NCBI GenBank assembly: GCA_026986535.1 | Contig: JALSOK010000060.1 | Location: forward strand, 1 to 45,191 | Direction: 5' to 3' | DNA: 45,191 nucleotides | Origin: a candidate division WOR-3 bacterium | GTDB taxonomy: Bacteria > Hydrothermota > Hydrothermia > LBFQ01 > DSFT01 | Shown: positions 26,870-35,989 of the stretch, in pieces | Layout: each line of letters starts with the position of its first letter | Position numbering within the stretch: position 1 is the stretch's first letter | Notes under the pieces: model-generated | Seen by the model: the letters and a program-made list of their open reading frames with translations, nothing else | The model's database searches: none | What the model was told of the DNA's origin: nothing | Made by a program: the position numbers and the translations under genes

Positions 26870-26890
26870 GGGGGCGATTGCCCCCTTTTA
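26870..26890 (+). terminator. rho-independent terminator
   Basis: GGGGGC-GATT-GCCCCC hairpin followed by TTTTA, 5 nt after the stop. Overlaps the stop of the convergent methyltransferase gene. Confidence 0.65.
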
Positions 26891-27406
26891 TCCAGGATAT
26901 TTTCCCTTTTCCTCCCTCTGCCTGAGGGCTTCGTAGAGGATGACCGCTGCGGCCACAGAGACATTGAGGCTCTGTACCATACCGTACATGGGTATTATTA
27001 TGGTGTAATCTGCTTTTTCTATGACCCATTCGTCCAGTCCTCTGCTCTCGTTTCCCATAATGATCAAAGTTTTCTGCGTAAAGTCGTAATTCCTGAAGTG
27101 TATTGCATCGCCCCGCAGGGCCGTTGCCACCAGATTGAAGCCTTTTCTCTTCATTTCTTCGAGGAATGAATCGGGTTCCTCAACCTCATGAAGGTTTACC
27201 CATTTGTGGGCCCCCATGGTTACACCCGAGCTGATTTCGAAGGGTACATCTTCTTCCATCGTGAAGTATATGGATGGAACACCCACAGCCTCTGCCGTTC
27301 GTATTATGGCCGACAGGTTGTGGGGATTCGAGACTTTGTATAGATAAAGGGCCAGATCCTTCTGTCTATTGCGCATTGCCCTTTCTATTTTCTCCCTTCG
27401 AGACAT
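26888..27406 (-). CDS. SpoU/TrmH-family RNA 2'-O-methyltransferase
   Basis: 172 aa from the ATG at 27406; the track ORF runs on through tRNA-Pro. SPOUT motifs NLSAIIRTAEAVG, IIMGNESRGL and IPMYGMVQSLNVS. Confidence 0.85.
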   Translation of the reverse strand: MSRREKIERAMRNRQKDLALYLYKVSNPHNLSAIIRTAEAVGVPSIYFTMEEDVPFEISSGVTMGAHKWVNLHEVEEPDSFLEEMKRKGFNLVATALRGDAIHFRNYDFTQKTLIIMGNESRGLDEWVIEKADYTIIIPMYGMVQSLNVSVAAAVILYEALRQREEKGKYPG

Positions 27407-27412
27407 CCGGAG

Positions 27413-27421
27413 AATTTTAAT
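27413..27421 (-). promoter_or_regulatory. -10-like box ATTAAAATT (minus strand)
   Basis: 6 nt before the ATG at 27406. Confidence 0.5.
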
Positions 27422-27458
27422 CTCGATGTTGCCTCCTTGAATTGAAGCGGGCGGTTCC

Positions 27459-27469
27459 TTTAAAATTTT
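27459..27469 (+). promoter_or_regulatory. -10-like box TTTAAAATTTT for tRNA-Pro
   Basis: 33 nt upstream of the tRNA 5' end. Preceded by CC as in other copies. Confidence 0.5.
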
Positions 27470-27502
27470 ATCGCTCACAAGTTTTATCTCGTTTCCGTAT
27501 AT

Positions 27503-27574
27503 CGGGGCGTAGCGCAGTGGTAGCGCGCTGCCTTGGGGTGGCAGAGGTCCCGGGTTCAAGTCCCGGCGCCCCGA
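27503..27574 (+). tRNA. tRNA-Pro (anticodon GGG)
   Basis: 72-nt cloverleaf: acceptor CGGGGCG/CGCCCCG, anticodon loop UUGGGGU, T-arm CCGGGTTCAAGTCCCGG. No encoded CCA. Confidence 0.9.
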
Positions 27575-27604
27575 TACTTTCATGGGCAAGTCAAGAGGTG
27601 CAGA

Positions 27605-27703
27605 GTTCCGCTTGAGCCTGTGTACTACGAGGGACTTATCTCCAGGAGTGAGGCAATAAGGAGAGAAAAACAGCTGAAGTCGTACAAAGGTGGAGAGGTT
27701 TTA
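27605..27703 (+). pseudogene. C-terminal remnant of a GIY-YIG (UPF0213-type) nuclease gene
   Basis: Translation ...PVYYEGLISRSEAIRREKQLKSYKGG... matches the LVYYE...AI.REKQLK.W tail of small GIY-YIG proteins. The N-terminal GIY-YIG half and a start codon are missing, since the frame runs back into the tRNA. Confidence 0.55.
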
Positions 27704-27794
27704 TGGTATAATCGACTGTGGAGCGTCCATATCAATTTCTGGTACGGATTTCAGCTGGGATTTCCCATGATTTTTGATGGAAATCTGTGTGGAT

Positions 27795-27803
27795 TTTAAA
27801 CTT
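27795..27803 (+). promoter_or_regulatory. -10-like box TTTAAACTT
   Basis: 11 nt before the ATG at 27815. Confidence 0.5.
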
Positions 27804-27814
27804 TTCGAACTGTT

Positions 27815-28963
27815 ATGGTTAAAGTGATCCTCAGGCGTTTTTCCGGCCATCCATGGATAATGGCAAGGGATATCCTGTCGATAGAGGGAAAGCCGAAGGC
27901 GGGGGACAGCGTTCTCCTCTATGACAGAATGGGAAACATACTGGGAGCAGGGATTTTCAACCCCAACTCCTACATCAGAATCCGCATGTATTCCCGGATG
28001 CCGGTCCCCCTCGATAACCAGTTCATAAAAGAGAGGATTCGAAAATCGAACCAGTACAGGGTCCGCATGGGTTTCCGGGAATCCTACCGGATGATCTTCA
28101 GCGAAAGCGACGGCCTTCCGGGTCTCATCGTGGACAGATATGGATCCGGAATGGTGGTCCAGATTCTCACCTACGGGATGGAAGTCCGGAGGGACTTTAT
28201 CTATAAGACCCTGCTGGAGCTGTTCGAACCGGATTTCATCTATGAGAAGAGCGACACCCCATCGAGGGAAAGGGAGGGCCTGGAGTCCAGAAGCGAACTG
28301 ATATACGGGGAGATTCCTGAGGACCATGTGGCGAGGATAAACGATTTACTCTTTCGATTCGATGTTCATCAGAAGACAGGCATGTTCCTGGACCAGTCGG
28401 AGAACTACCTCAGGGTTATGAAGTATGTGGAAGAGGGAATGAGGGTGATGGATGCATTCACCTACATGGGAGGATTTGCCCTCCATATCCTGAAGCACAG
28501 AAACCCCGCGGAAGTTGTTGCCATTGATCAGTCGAGCGTTGCTCTCGAGCTCTTGAGAGAGAACCTTTCCCTCAATGGAATTTCCGATGACGCGGTGCGG
28601 ATCATTCAGGGGAATGTGTTCGATGTCCTGGAGGACATGAAGGAGCAGTTCGACTTCATAATCCTGGACCCCCCTGCCTTCACAAAGCGCAGGAATAAGA
28701 AAGAGAATGCGATGAGGGGATACGATAGACTGCACCGTCTGGCGATGAAGAGATTGAAAAGAGGTGGATATTTAGTAACATTTAGCTGTGCATATCACAT
28801 AAAAGGTGAAGACCTTCTGGAGAGCCTGAACAGGGTGGCCATGGAGGAAAGGAGGAGTTTTCATGTGGTGGAGGAGCTGTGGCAGTCCAGGGACCATCCC
28901 TTCAGATTAAATTTTCCAGAGAGCCTTTACTTAAAAGGCTTCGTTTTAAAGGAGGTGGAGTGA
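27815..28963 (+). CDS. class I SAM-dependent rRNA methyltransferase, RlmI/YwbD-like (PUA + MTase)
   Basis: 382 aa. N-terminal PUA-like region, SAM-binding core, and DPPAF catalytic motif. Confidence 0.82.
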   Translation: MVKVILRRFSGHPWIMARDILSIEGKPKAGDSVLLYDRMGNILGAGIFNPNSYIRIRMYSRMPVPLDNQFIKERIRKSNQYRVRMGFRESYRMIFSESDGLPGLIVDRYGSGMVVQILTYGMEVRRDFIYKTLLELFEPDFIYEKSDTPSREREGLESRSELIYGEIPEDHVARINDLLFRFDVHQKTGMFLDQSENYLRVMKYVEEGMRVMDAFTYMGGFALHILKHRNPAEVVAIDQSSVALELLRENLSLNGISDDAVRIIQGNVFDVLEDMKEQFDFIILDPPAFTKRRNKKENAMRGYDRLHRLAMKRLKRGGYLVTFSCAYHIKGEDLLESLNRVAMEERRSFHVVEELWQSRDHPFRLNFPESLYLKGFVLKEVE

Positions 28964-28964
28964 G

Positions 28965-30035
28965 ATGAGAAGACTTTTATGGACGACCCTCTTCCTCATG
29001 CCGCTTGCTTTTGCGGGGGGATGCAGGGTCGAGAAGCTGGATACGGGTCCCTCCTGGAGCGTGAATGTGAAGTTTCCACTGGGGGATACCGCGGAATCCT
29101 TCTATAACATAGCCCGATTCGTGGCAGGGGGGGATTCCTCGAAGATTATTCGGCAGGGGGACGAGGTTTACTGGAAAGAGGTGGGAAGAGAGGACAGGGA
29201 TACCCTTATAACTCCGGACAGTGCCATTACAGTCGTGTATGTGGACTTCAACAAACCGGGAGCCATAAAGAGGGGGGCTCAGGGCATAATACTCCGGGAT
29301 GTGTATGCTGTCGTAAGGCTGTATATAGACACTGTTAAGGCAGATGTGGACCTCAAGCTGAAAGCCATAGTGCTGTTCAAGGAGTCCGGGACATCGGATA
29401 CCATAGAAATAACGGGGCTCACGATTCCCGCCAATTCCCGCTACTTCGAATACACGATACGGGATCTGTACATAAGGGCCGAATCCACGGTTGTTTATGC
29501 TAAAGCGTATGGATATTCTTCCTATACGGGGGAGGTAATGCTTCTGGACAGTTCTGTTCTGGAGGTTTATGCTCCGATGCATCTGGAGGCCCATGACACT
29601 CTCGTCGTGGAGAATTTGATGGATGTGGGATTGAACGACTCGGTCAGCATGGGCGATGCTTCTGTCGTCAGTGCCACGGTTCATCTGTTTTCCAGGAGGT
29701 CCATACCAATGGTTTTCCTGGTAGATGCGTGGCTTAAGGATACTGTCACCAATGTGGATTCCATGTTCGTCGCAAGTATCGTACTCAGGGATCCGCCCAA
29801 GGATCCTTCTGGATATTCCACGGGTTTCGTTTACGATACGATAGTTCTTTCCATCGATACGGCCGGTGTCAGGTTTATAAACGAGCATGCGGGCCAGGTC
29901 AGACTGAAAATCTCCGGTTATTTGCCGGGGAATCCGGTGGATCCTTACAGGGCTTACATAAAAGCAGAGGACAGCCTGGGTATATGGGGTTATGTGGAGA
30001 CCCTGTATGATATCAATCGGGGAGGTGGACAATGA
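28965..30035 (+). CDS. hypothetical lipoprotein
   Basis: 356 aa. Signal peptide with lipobox LAFAGGC. 4-nt overlap with the next gene. Confidence 0.65.
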   Translation: MRRLLWTTLFLMPLAFAGGCRVEKLDTGPSWSVNVKFPLGDTAESFYNIARFVAGGDSSKIIRQGDEVYWKEVGREDRDTLITPDSAITVVYVDFNKPGAIKRGAQGIILRDVYAVVRLYIDTVKADVDLKLKAIVLFKESGTSDTIEITGLTIPANSRYFEYTIRDLYIRAESTVVYAKAYGYSSYTGEVMLLDSSVLEVYAPMHLEAHDTLVVENLMDVGLNDSVSMGDASVVSATVHLFSRRSIPMVFLVDAWLKDTVTNVDSMFVASIVLRDPPKDPSGYSTGFVYDTIVLSIDTAGVRFINEHAGQVRLKISGYLPGNPVDPYRAYIKAEDSLGIWGYVETLYDINRGGGQ

Positions 30036-32911
30036 TGTTGTTGAGCGTTCTGGCGTTTATGAATCCTGCGGAACCGGGTCTTTTCTACTTTCCCAATTTT
30101 TACTTCTTACTGCCGGAAGTCAGGGCTTACGGTGTCAACAACTGGCTGAGTCTTTCCCTATACAACCAGTACATCAATGCAACTCTGTCTGATGAGGATA
30201 AGGCCAGGCTCCTTTCCGAAATCGATGGGGGGAAATATTTCCTCTGGGGATTTGCGGGCACACAGGTGATGCTCAATTACAGGGGATTCTATGGGGGGGC
30301 TGGTCTGGTTTCCGGTGCCTATCTTGGAACTGCCACTACGGATCCGATAAAGTTGCTCCTTTACGGAAACGACGGTGAGAGCATATACGATTTGAGCCTG
30401 AGGGATTTCGAAGCCACCGGATACTACAGTGTTTTCCTGGGACTCGCTCCCAGGTACAGGGATTTCGTATTCGGTTTCAGAGCCGGTTATGTGGGAATGC
30501 TTCCCTATCTCAGGGTGAATCGTGGATTTATTCAGTTCGAGGACAGAGCCACACAGCAGAACAACAATGCCTGGATAATCAGGGATACCCTTTCGATAAC
30601 ATTCGCTCCGGGAGGTTCGGGATTTACTTCTTCCTTCGGCATGCTCTACGAACCCCTGGGGAAGGGATGGTATGTGGGGTTTTCCCTCGAAAATCTGCTT
30701 TCCGTGGTTAACCTCGCCAACAGAACGACTTTCCCCATGATCGACGGGGCTATGGGATACGATACCCTCGTGCTCTACAGCGGATACTACACCGACCAGG
30801 ACTCCCAGTTCGTTGCCACAGATAGTGCATACATCGTGCTTTCTCCGGAGCATGCCTTCGACCTGTATCTTTCTGGACAAACAGACATAAGTTTCCTGAG
30901 GGCCGCCATACAGAATGGTGATACCATAACGACCACATCGGCATCTGTGGAATACTTCACGAGCAAATCCTACAGGCTTCCCCTGGTTCTCAGGCTGGAC
31001 TTTGGATACAGGGATATAACGGACAGGTATGGGTTCAGGTTTCAGTATATTCAGGGATTTTCCGAGTCCTTCTATGCGACCCGCATTCCCAAGGTGGTGG
31101 CTTTTGGAATGTATAAACCGCTTTCCTTCCTCCCCCTGGGGGTGAAGATGGGATTCGGAGGAAGGGAAAAGTTCGAATTCGGCCTCTTCGGGGGACTGGA
31201 TTTCCGCTACTGGTTCCTGAATCTCAACTGGAACTGGTCCCGCGGAGTATTCTCTTCTGCAAAAGGACACAGGCTCATAGCCAGTATGGGCTTCAAGTCG
31301 CCCATTACGGGGAAGTTCCAGGTGAAGGTCATAGATTCCCTCACAGGGGAGCCCCTCATAGCCGGTGTCAGGCTGGAGAGGGGTGAGAAAACTGTAGCCA
31401 CTTTCGAGACCGATGAAACCGGTGTGGGAAGTTCCACACTCTCTCCGGACAGGTACACATACACTGTGGAGAAAGATGGATACCTGCCGTTTACGGATAC
31501 CCTCACCCTTCTGCCCAAGGTCCTTACATCAAGAAGTGTGAATCTGGTTCCTGCGGGAGGTTTCATAAACATCGTTGTTCTTGACAGCATCAGTGGAGAT
31601 ACTCTATCCGGAGCCAGGGTGGTGGTGGGCGATTCCTCTATGATTTATCCGGGCGGTGTCCTCAGGGTCTTTTCCAGAGCGGGCGATGTCAGGATATCCG
31701 CCTATATGGATAAGTACAGGGATTATGCTTCTGTTCTCAAGGTGGAAGCCGGAAAGGAGTATTCGCATGTCATACACATGGCTCCGGCAACAGCCCTGCT
31801 GATGGTGAGGGTGGTGGATTCGAAGAGCCGCAAACCCCTGCAGGCTTCCATAAAGGTTCTGAGCGCAGAAGGGGAGCTCCTCGTGGACACCAGCGCATCG
31901 GAGGTTTCTGCCGAACTGCCAGAATCCGGCGCCTATAAGCTGATGGTCTCCAGAAAGGGTTATTATGACTTCTCCGAGGTTATTCCCGTCAAAGCCGGTA
32001 TGACAATAGAAAAGGAAGTAGCCCTCAGGAAGCTGGAGCCCGAAGCAGGAAGACTTATCGTAAAGGTCATAGATGCCACCACCGCGGAACCAGTGGCCGG
32101 TGCCAATGTTATGGCCATATCGGACAGGGGAGACACGGTGCTCACCCTGACCACGGGAGAGAAGGGCAGTGTATCATCGAGACTGCTCAAAGGGACTTAC
32201 AGGGTTGTGGTGAGCGCTCTGGATTATCTGCCCGCGCAGAGGGATATAACCATTGGAAAGAATCAGACAGTGGATATAACCATACCCCTCAAGAGCAGGT
32301 ACGCGATAGTCTTCGGTTATGTCCTGGATCACGAAAAAGGCACCAGGGTTAAAGCCGATATAAGGATATACGACGAAAACGGCAATATGGTCAAATCGAT
32401 GAAGGCGGACAGCTATTATGTGAAGCTCCCGGCCGGGAAGTACACCTTCAGGGTCTCTGCCCGCAAGTACATAGAAAGGGTGGCAACCCTTCAGCTCGAG
32501 CCTTCCGAGAAGTACAGGAAGGACTTCCTGTTGCTCAAGGAAAAGCAGGTTCTGACATTCAGGAATATCTACTTCGACTTCAATAAGGCCACCATAAGAC
32601 CCGAATCCTACCCGGTCCTCGATTCTATTGCCCAGCTCCTCAAGGAAAACCCGAGCATCATAGTGGAGGTGGCGGGCCATACCGATGAAAGGGGCTCCTA
32701 CGAGTACAATATGAAGCTGTCCCAGGCGAGGGCCGAGGCAGTGGTGGAGTATCTCATAAAGAAAGGCATAGATCCCAGAAGGCTGATTCCCAGGGGATAC
32801 GGTGAAAGTCAGCCCATCATCAAGAACGCGAAGACGGAGGCGGAGCACCAGATGAACAGGAGGGTGGAATTCAGGATCATAGGGGAGCTGAATCAGGAAG
32901 AGGGTGGATAA
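30032..32911 (+). CDS. large OmpA-family envelope protein (N-terminal beta-rich domain, 5 CarboxypepD_reg-like domains, C-terminal OmpA peptidoglycan-binding domain)
   Basis: 959 aa. C-terminus reads NIYFDFNKATIRPES...GHTDERGSYEYNMKLSQARAEAV...NRRVEFRI (OmpA_C). Confidence 0.85.
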   Translation: MMLLSVLAFMNPAEPGLFYFPNFYFLLPEVRAYGVNNWLSLSLYNQYINATLSDEDKARLLSEIDGGKYFLWGFAGTQVMLNYRGFYGGAGLVSGAYLGTATTDPIKLLLYGNDGESIYDLSLRDFEATGYYSVFLGLAPRYRDFVFGFRAGYVGMLPYLRVNRGFIQFEDRATQQNNNAWIIRDTLSITFAPGGSGFTSSFGMLYEPLGKGWYVGFSLENLLSVVNLANRTTFPMIDGAMGYDTLVLYSGYYTDQDSQFVATDSAYIVLSPEHAFDLYLSGQTDISFLRAAIQNGDTITTTSASVEYFTSKSYRLPLVLRLDFGYRDITDRYGFRFQYIQGFSESFYATRIPKVVAFGMYKPLSFLPLGVKMGFGGREKFEFGLFGGLDFRYWFLNLNWNWSRGVFSSAKGHRLIASMGFKSPITGKFQVKVIDSLTGEPLIAGVRLERGEKTVATFETDETGVGSSTLSPDRYTYTVEKDGYLPFTDTLTLLPKVLTSRSVNLVPAGGFINIVVLDSISGDTLSGARVVVGDSSMIYPGGVLRVFSRAGDVRISAYMDKYRDYASVLKVEAGKEYSHVIHMAPATALLMVRVVDSKSRKPLQASIKVLSAEGELLVDTSASEVSAELPESGAYKLMVSRKGYYDFSEVIPVKAGMTIEKEVALRKLEPEAGRLIVKVIDATTAEPVAGANVMAISDRGDTVLTLTTGEKGSVSSRLLKGTYRVVVSALDYLPAQRDITIGKNQTVDITIPLKSRYAIVFGYVLDHEKGTRVKADIRIYDENGNMVKSMKADSYYVKLPAGKYTFRVSARKYIERVATLQLEPSEKYRKDFLLLKEKQVLTFRNIYFDFNKATIRPESYPVLDSIAQLLKENPSIIVEVAGHTDERGSYEYNMKLSQARAEAVVEYLIKKGIDPRRLIPRGYGESQPIIKNAKTEAEHQMNRRVEFRIIGELNQEEGG
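31310..32535 (+). repeat. five tandem ~80-aa beta-sandwich (CarboxypepD_reg-like) domain repeats, at protein level
   Basis: Recurrent pattern G.h.V.V.D..t..Pl.ga.V.........t...G......L..G.Y...V...GY read five times in the translation. Confidence 0.6.
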
Positions 32912-32920
32912 ATTCCTTCT

Positions 32921-32946
32921 GGCCCCGTATCCGGGGCCTTTTATTC
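32921..32946 (+). terminator. rho-independent terminator
   Basis: GGCCCCG-TATC-CGGGGCC hairpin followed by TTTTATT, 9 nt after the stop. Confidence 0.7.
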
Positions 32947-33010
32947 CTTTTTAAGTCCCAACCTTCCCCGGCAGGGGGTCGTACCGGGTCCGGTCCCAAG
33001 TTCATATACC

Positions 33011-33020
33011 TTTAAAATTT
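33011..33020 (+). promoter_or_regulatory. -10-like box TTTAAAATTT
   Basis: 5 nt before the ATG at 33026. Confidence 0.55.
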
Positions 33021-33025
33021 CCACG

Positions 33026-34615
33026 ATGAAGAAGGCAATAGGAACCATAATATTCGGCATAGTTCTGGGGTTTTTGCCCATAACCCTTTCGGCTTCTGCT
33101 TCCCGGTGTCCTGCTCCCAAGGTCCACTACAACATCCGTATGTTCGTGGATCCCAACGGAATCATAGCAAGGAATCTCCGTGGAGGTGATGCGGCCATTC
33201 GCCGTAGCCTGAATGTTATAATGAGGAAGGCAAGGGACACCGTCGAGGATGCCCGACTGAAGTCCACAGGTTTTACCGTAAAGAGGATCACGCGGGATGA
33301 GTTCCTCAGCCTTGTGGGCGGGGAGCCGGTGAATCCGGAGAACTTCATAAACACCCTGAAGATACCCTACGATGCCGAGTTCCTCTTCGACATAGTAATT
33401 GGCGAGGATATTAAGGGTCTGAGCGTATATGGATTCCTCATCAATGTTAAGACCAAAAAGCTCTATAAGATGGCCCATGTTTACGCTCCTCCGGAGCAGG
33501 CCAAGAGATATGTGATTGCCACCATCATAAAGCTCATCAATCAGCTGTCCACAAAGTTCATACAGGAGGAAGGAACCCGCAACTATATCAGTGCCATAAT
33601 CGACAGGACCGAGCAGGTGGTAGAGGTGAAGGCCCGGATTACCCCGATCAATCCGAATATAAGGGATGTTAAGTTCGCCCGCCTGAGGATTCTCAAAGCG
33701 AAGAACTACTATGGGGATAATGTGTTCGATTATCTGGCCGAGCAGACCGGATTTGCCCTGAAGACCGATAAGGGAAGGGTGGTAAACGGAACGGAGCTCC
33801 CCGATGGCTATCAGTTCATAAGGGGAATGAACCCTGAATTCGTTATCCAGCTTCCCAGCTGTGAGGAATTCGATCCGAGTGGAGTAATCACCGTAAACCT
33901 CTCTTATGGATACATGTGTCCGAGGGCGAATGTTATAGTGAGCTGGATCAACAGGGCCAATATCACCAGCTTCAGGGTAAGTGCTCCTCTGGCGTACGAG
34001 GTGGTCGAGACATGGAAGCTGTCGGGACAGCATACATCCATGGAATTTACCACCCGCTACCAGCTGCATCTGAAGGCAAACTGCGAGGGCAAGGTGAAGC
34101 CCAGCCTGTACGCAAAGGGCATGCATGTGGATAAGGCCGACTGGATTAGCGATAACTTCCTCTATAACGAACCCAAGGACAGGCCTCCGGTCAAAAGCGC
34201 CCGCTTCTCCGACTGCGGAATACTGGATCCCTGGACTCCCGTGGATAACGATATAGACCAGTTCTATGTGGTTGCTTTCGATAACAGGAAAGAGGGGCTT
34301 TCGGAATTCGGCTATTTCCTGGGCGGATATTTCATGCAGAACCAGTATGGGGACACTCAGGATTACTTCGACCTGGTGGGTCTTCACATAGTGGGCGAGA
34401 AGGTTAAGTTCGGGGATTATGATGTCTTTGCCAAATCCACCATACCCTTCGATTTCAACAAGCTCAGAAGCTTCAAGCCCTTCAGCTTCACATATCCGTT
34501 TGCCTATGTGTATCCCAATTCCGGATGCGGGGATGACAGGGTGAATGTAACGGTAACCTACCAGTTCACACCCACGGTTGACTGTGGATGCGTTGAAACC
34601 TCTGAGGAGAAGTGA
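33026..34615 (+). CDS. hypothetical secreted protein
   Basis: 529 aa. N-terminal signal peptide (MKKAIGTIIFGIVLGFLPITLSASA). No recognisable domain. Confidence 0.65.
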   Translation: MKKAIGTIIFGIVLGFLPITLSASASRCPAPKVHYNIRMFVDPNGIIARNLRGGDAAIRRSLNVIMRKARDTVEDARLKSTGFTVKRITRDEFLSLVGGEPVNPENFINTLKIPYDAEFLFDIVIGEDIKGLSVYGFLINVKTKKLYKMAHVYAPPEQAKRYVIATIIKLINQLSTKFIQEEGTRNYISAIIDRTEQVVEVKARITPINPNIRDVKFARLRILKAKNYYGDNVFDYLAEQTGFALKTDKGRVVNGTELPDGYQFIRGMNPEFVIQLPSCEEFDPSGVITVNLSYGYMCPRANVIVSWINRANITSFRVSAPLAYEVVETWKLSGQHTSMEFTTRYQLHLKANCEGKVKPSLYAKGMHVDKADWISDNFLYNEPKDRPPVKSARFSDCGILDPWTPVDNDIDQFYVVAFDNRKEGLSEFGYFLGGYFMQNQYGDTQDYFDLVGLHIVGEKVKFGDYDVFAKSTIPFDFNKLRSFKPFSFTYPFAYVYPNSGCGDDRVNVTVTYQFTPTVDCGCVETSEEK

Positions 34616-34647
34616 TTTTCCGGGGGACCGTGTGTCCCCCGCTTATC

Positions 34648-35544
34648 ATGAAGGTAATAGGCCACAGGGAAATCACGGGCAGGTTGCTGAAGGCCTGCGG
34701 TAAGGGGGTTCCCCTCCCCTCCATGCTCTTTCACGGTCCGGTCGGTGTTGGAAAGGCCACAACTGCCCTCTATATATCAGCCATGTGCAATCCGGAATCC
34801 CAGAGGAAGTCCATCCTCCATCTCCTTCATCCAGATGTGATCGTGGTATCATACCGGGATGCTGTTCCAGAAGGTCCCAGACCGGAGGACTTCGACAGGA
34901 CCAGGAGCATTTCCATAGATGCTGTCAGGAGAATAAGACAGGAGGTGGGAAAGCCCCCTGTGGAGGCCGAAAGGCGCTTTGTAATCTTCATGGATGCCGA
35001 TATGATGACCAGGGAGGCCCAGAATGCCTTCCTCAAGGTCCTGGAGGAGCACGATGACCGCACCACTTTTATTCTAATCGCATCCAATTACTACAGGTTG
35101 CTGCCCACGATCCGCTCCCGGGTCATTCCCGTGGCTTTCGGAGGATTATCGAAGCAGGAGTTCATGTCCTTCGAGCACGGGTGGAAGCATGACCCCGAAA
35201 GGTTATACAATCTGTCCAGGGGTTCCATAGGGCTTGCCCTCATGCTGGATAAGAAGCCCCTGGATCTGTGGGCCAGGTATCTGGCGGAAATTCTGGAGAA
35301 TCCATCCGTGAGGCTTGTATCTGCCATATATTCGACTATAGAAGGTTCTAAGGACCTCCTCCTGTTTTTAATTCCCTTCAGGGTTGCTGTTATGAACAAG
35401 TATGTGAAGACCGGAAAACCCGTTTACCGGTACCTCTTCGAGGATAGCAGGGATATAGAGGATATGATCTTCCGCCATACATCTGTGGAAGTGCTTGTTC
35501 ATCTGCTCTTTAAGGCCCTGTTCGAATTCGAGCCGGCAATATGA
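34648..35544 (+). CDS. holB: DNA polymerase III delta' subunit
   Basis: 298 aa from the ATG at 34648 (MKVIGHREI...). LFHGPVGVGKATTA, and FLKVLEE...LPTIRSRV. Confidence 0.85.
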   Translation: MKVIGHREITGRLLKACGKGVPLPSMLFHGPVGVGKATTALYISAMCNPESQRKSILHLLHPDVIVVSYRDAVPEGPRPEDFDRTRSISIDAVRRIRQEVGKPPVEAERRFVIFMDADMMTREAQNAFLKVLEEHDDRTTFILIASNYYRLLPTIRSRVIPVAFGGLSKQEFMSFEHGWKHDPERLYNLSRGSIGLALMLDKKPLDLWARYLAEILENPSVRLVSAIYSTIEGSKDLLLFLIPFRVAVMNKYVKTGKPVYRYLFEDSRDIEDMIFRHTSVEVLVHLLFKALFEFEPAI

Positions 35545-35972
35545 TTAGAATCATAAGTCCGGGAAAGACAAAGGACCCCTGCATAGGCCGGCTGGAAGAG
35601 AAGCTAATTTCCCGGATTTCCCGATTCCACAGGATAGAGCTCATATATCCCCCCGTCAGGGCAAAGGGTAATCCCCTGAAAATTATGCAGGAGGAAGCCA
35701 GGGTCATGAGGAGGCACCTCAGGGGGATGGTGGTCGTTCTGGATGTGGGGGGCCGCGCGATGGACACCCGGGAGTTTTCCAGATGGCTGGAGAGGAATCT
35801 CCACAGACCCCTCTCTTTCGTTATCGGTGGTCCGTGGGGGGTTTCCGAGGACCTCAAGAGGGAAGCGGATTTTCTTCTCAGCCTCTCGCCCATGACCTTC
35901 AGCCATGAGATGGTCAGGGTTATGTTGCTCGAGCAGATTTACAGGGCATTTTTCCCCACTTTCAATAAGTAG
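35541..35972 (+). CDS. rlmH: 23S rRNA (pseudouridine1915-N3)-methyltransferase RlmH
   Basis: 143 aa SPOUT protein. ...FVIGGPWGVSEDLKREADFLLSLSPMTFSHEM... ATGA overlap with holB. Confidence 0.88.
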   Translation: MIRIISPGKTKDPCIGRLEEKLISRISRFHRIELIYPPVRAKGNPLKIMQEEARVMRRHLRGMVVVLDVGGRAMDTREFSRWLERNLHRPLSFVIGGPWGVSEDLKREADFLLSLSPMTFSHEMVRVMLLEQIYRAFFPTFNK

Positions 35973-35974
35973 GA

Positions 35975-35983
35975 TTTATACTT
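35975..35983 (+). promoter_or_regulatory. -10-like box variant TTTATACTT for csx1
   Basis: 6 nt before the ATG at 35990. Begins 2 nt after the rlmH stop. Confidence 0.45.
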
Positions 35984-35989
35984 TGGAAA

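Noticed and set aside
27407-27589. Extension of the methyltransferase ORF through tRNA-Pro, and the plus-strand ORF 27533..27799 starting inside the tRNA
   Set aside because: Both read across a well-formed tRNA. The SpoU domain starts at the ATG at 27406. Only the 27605-27703 part of the plus ORF has meaning, as the GIY-YIG remnant.
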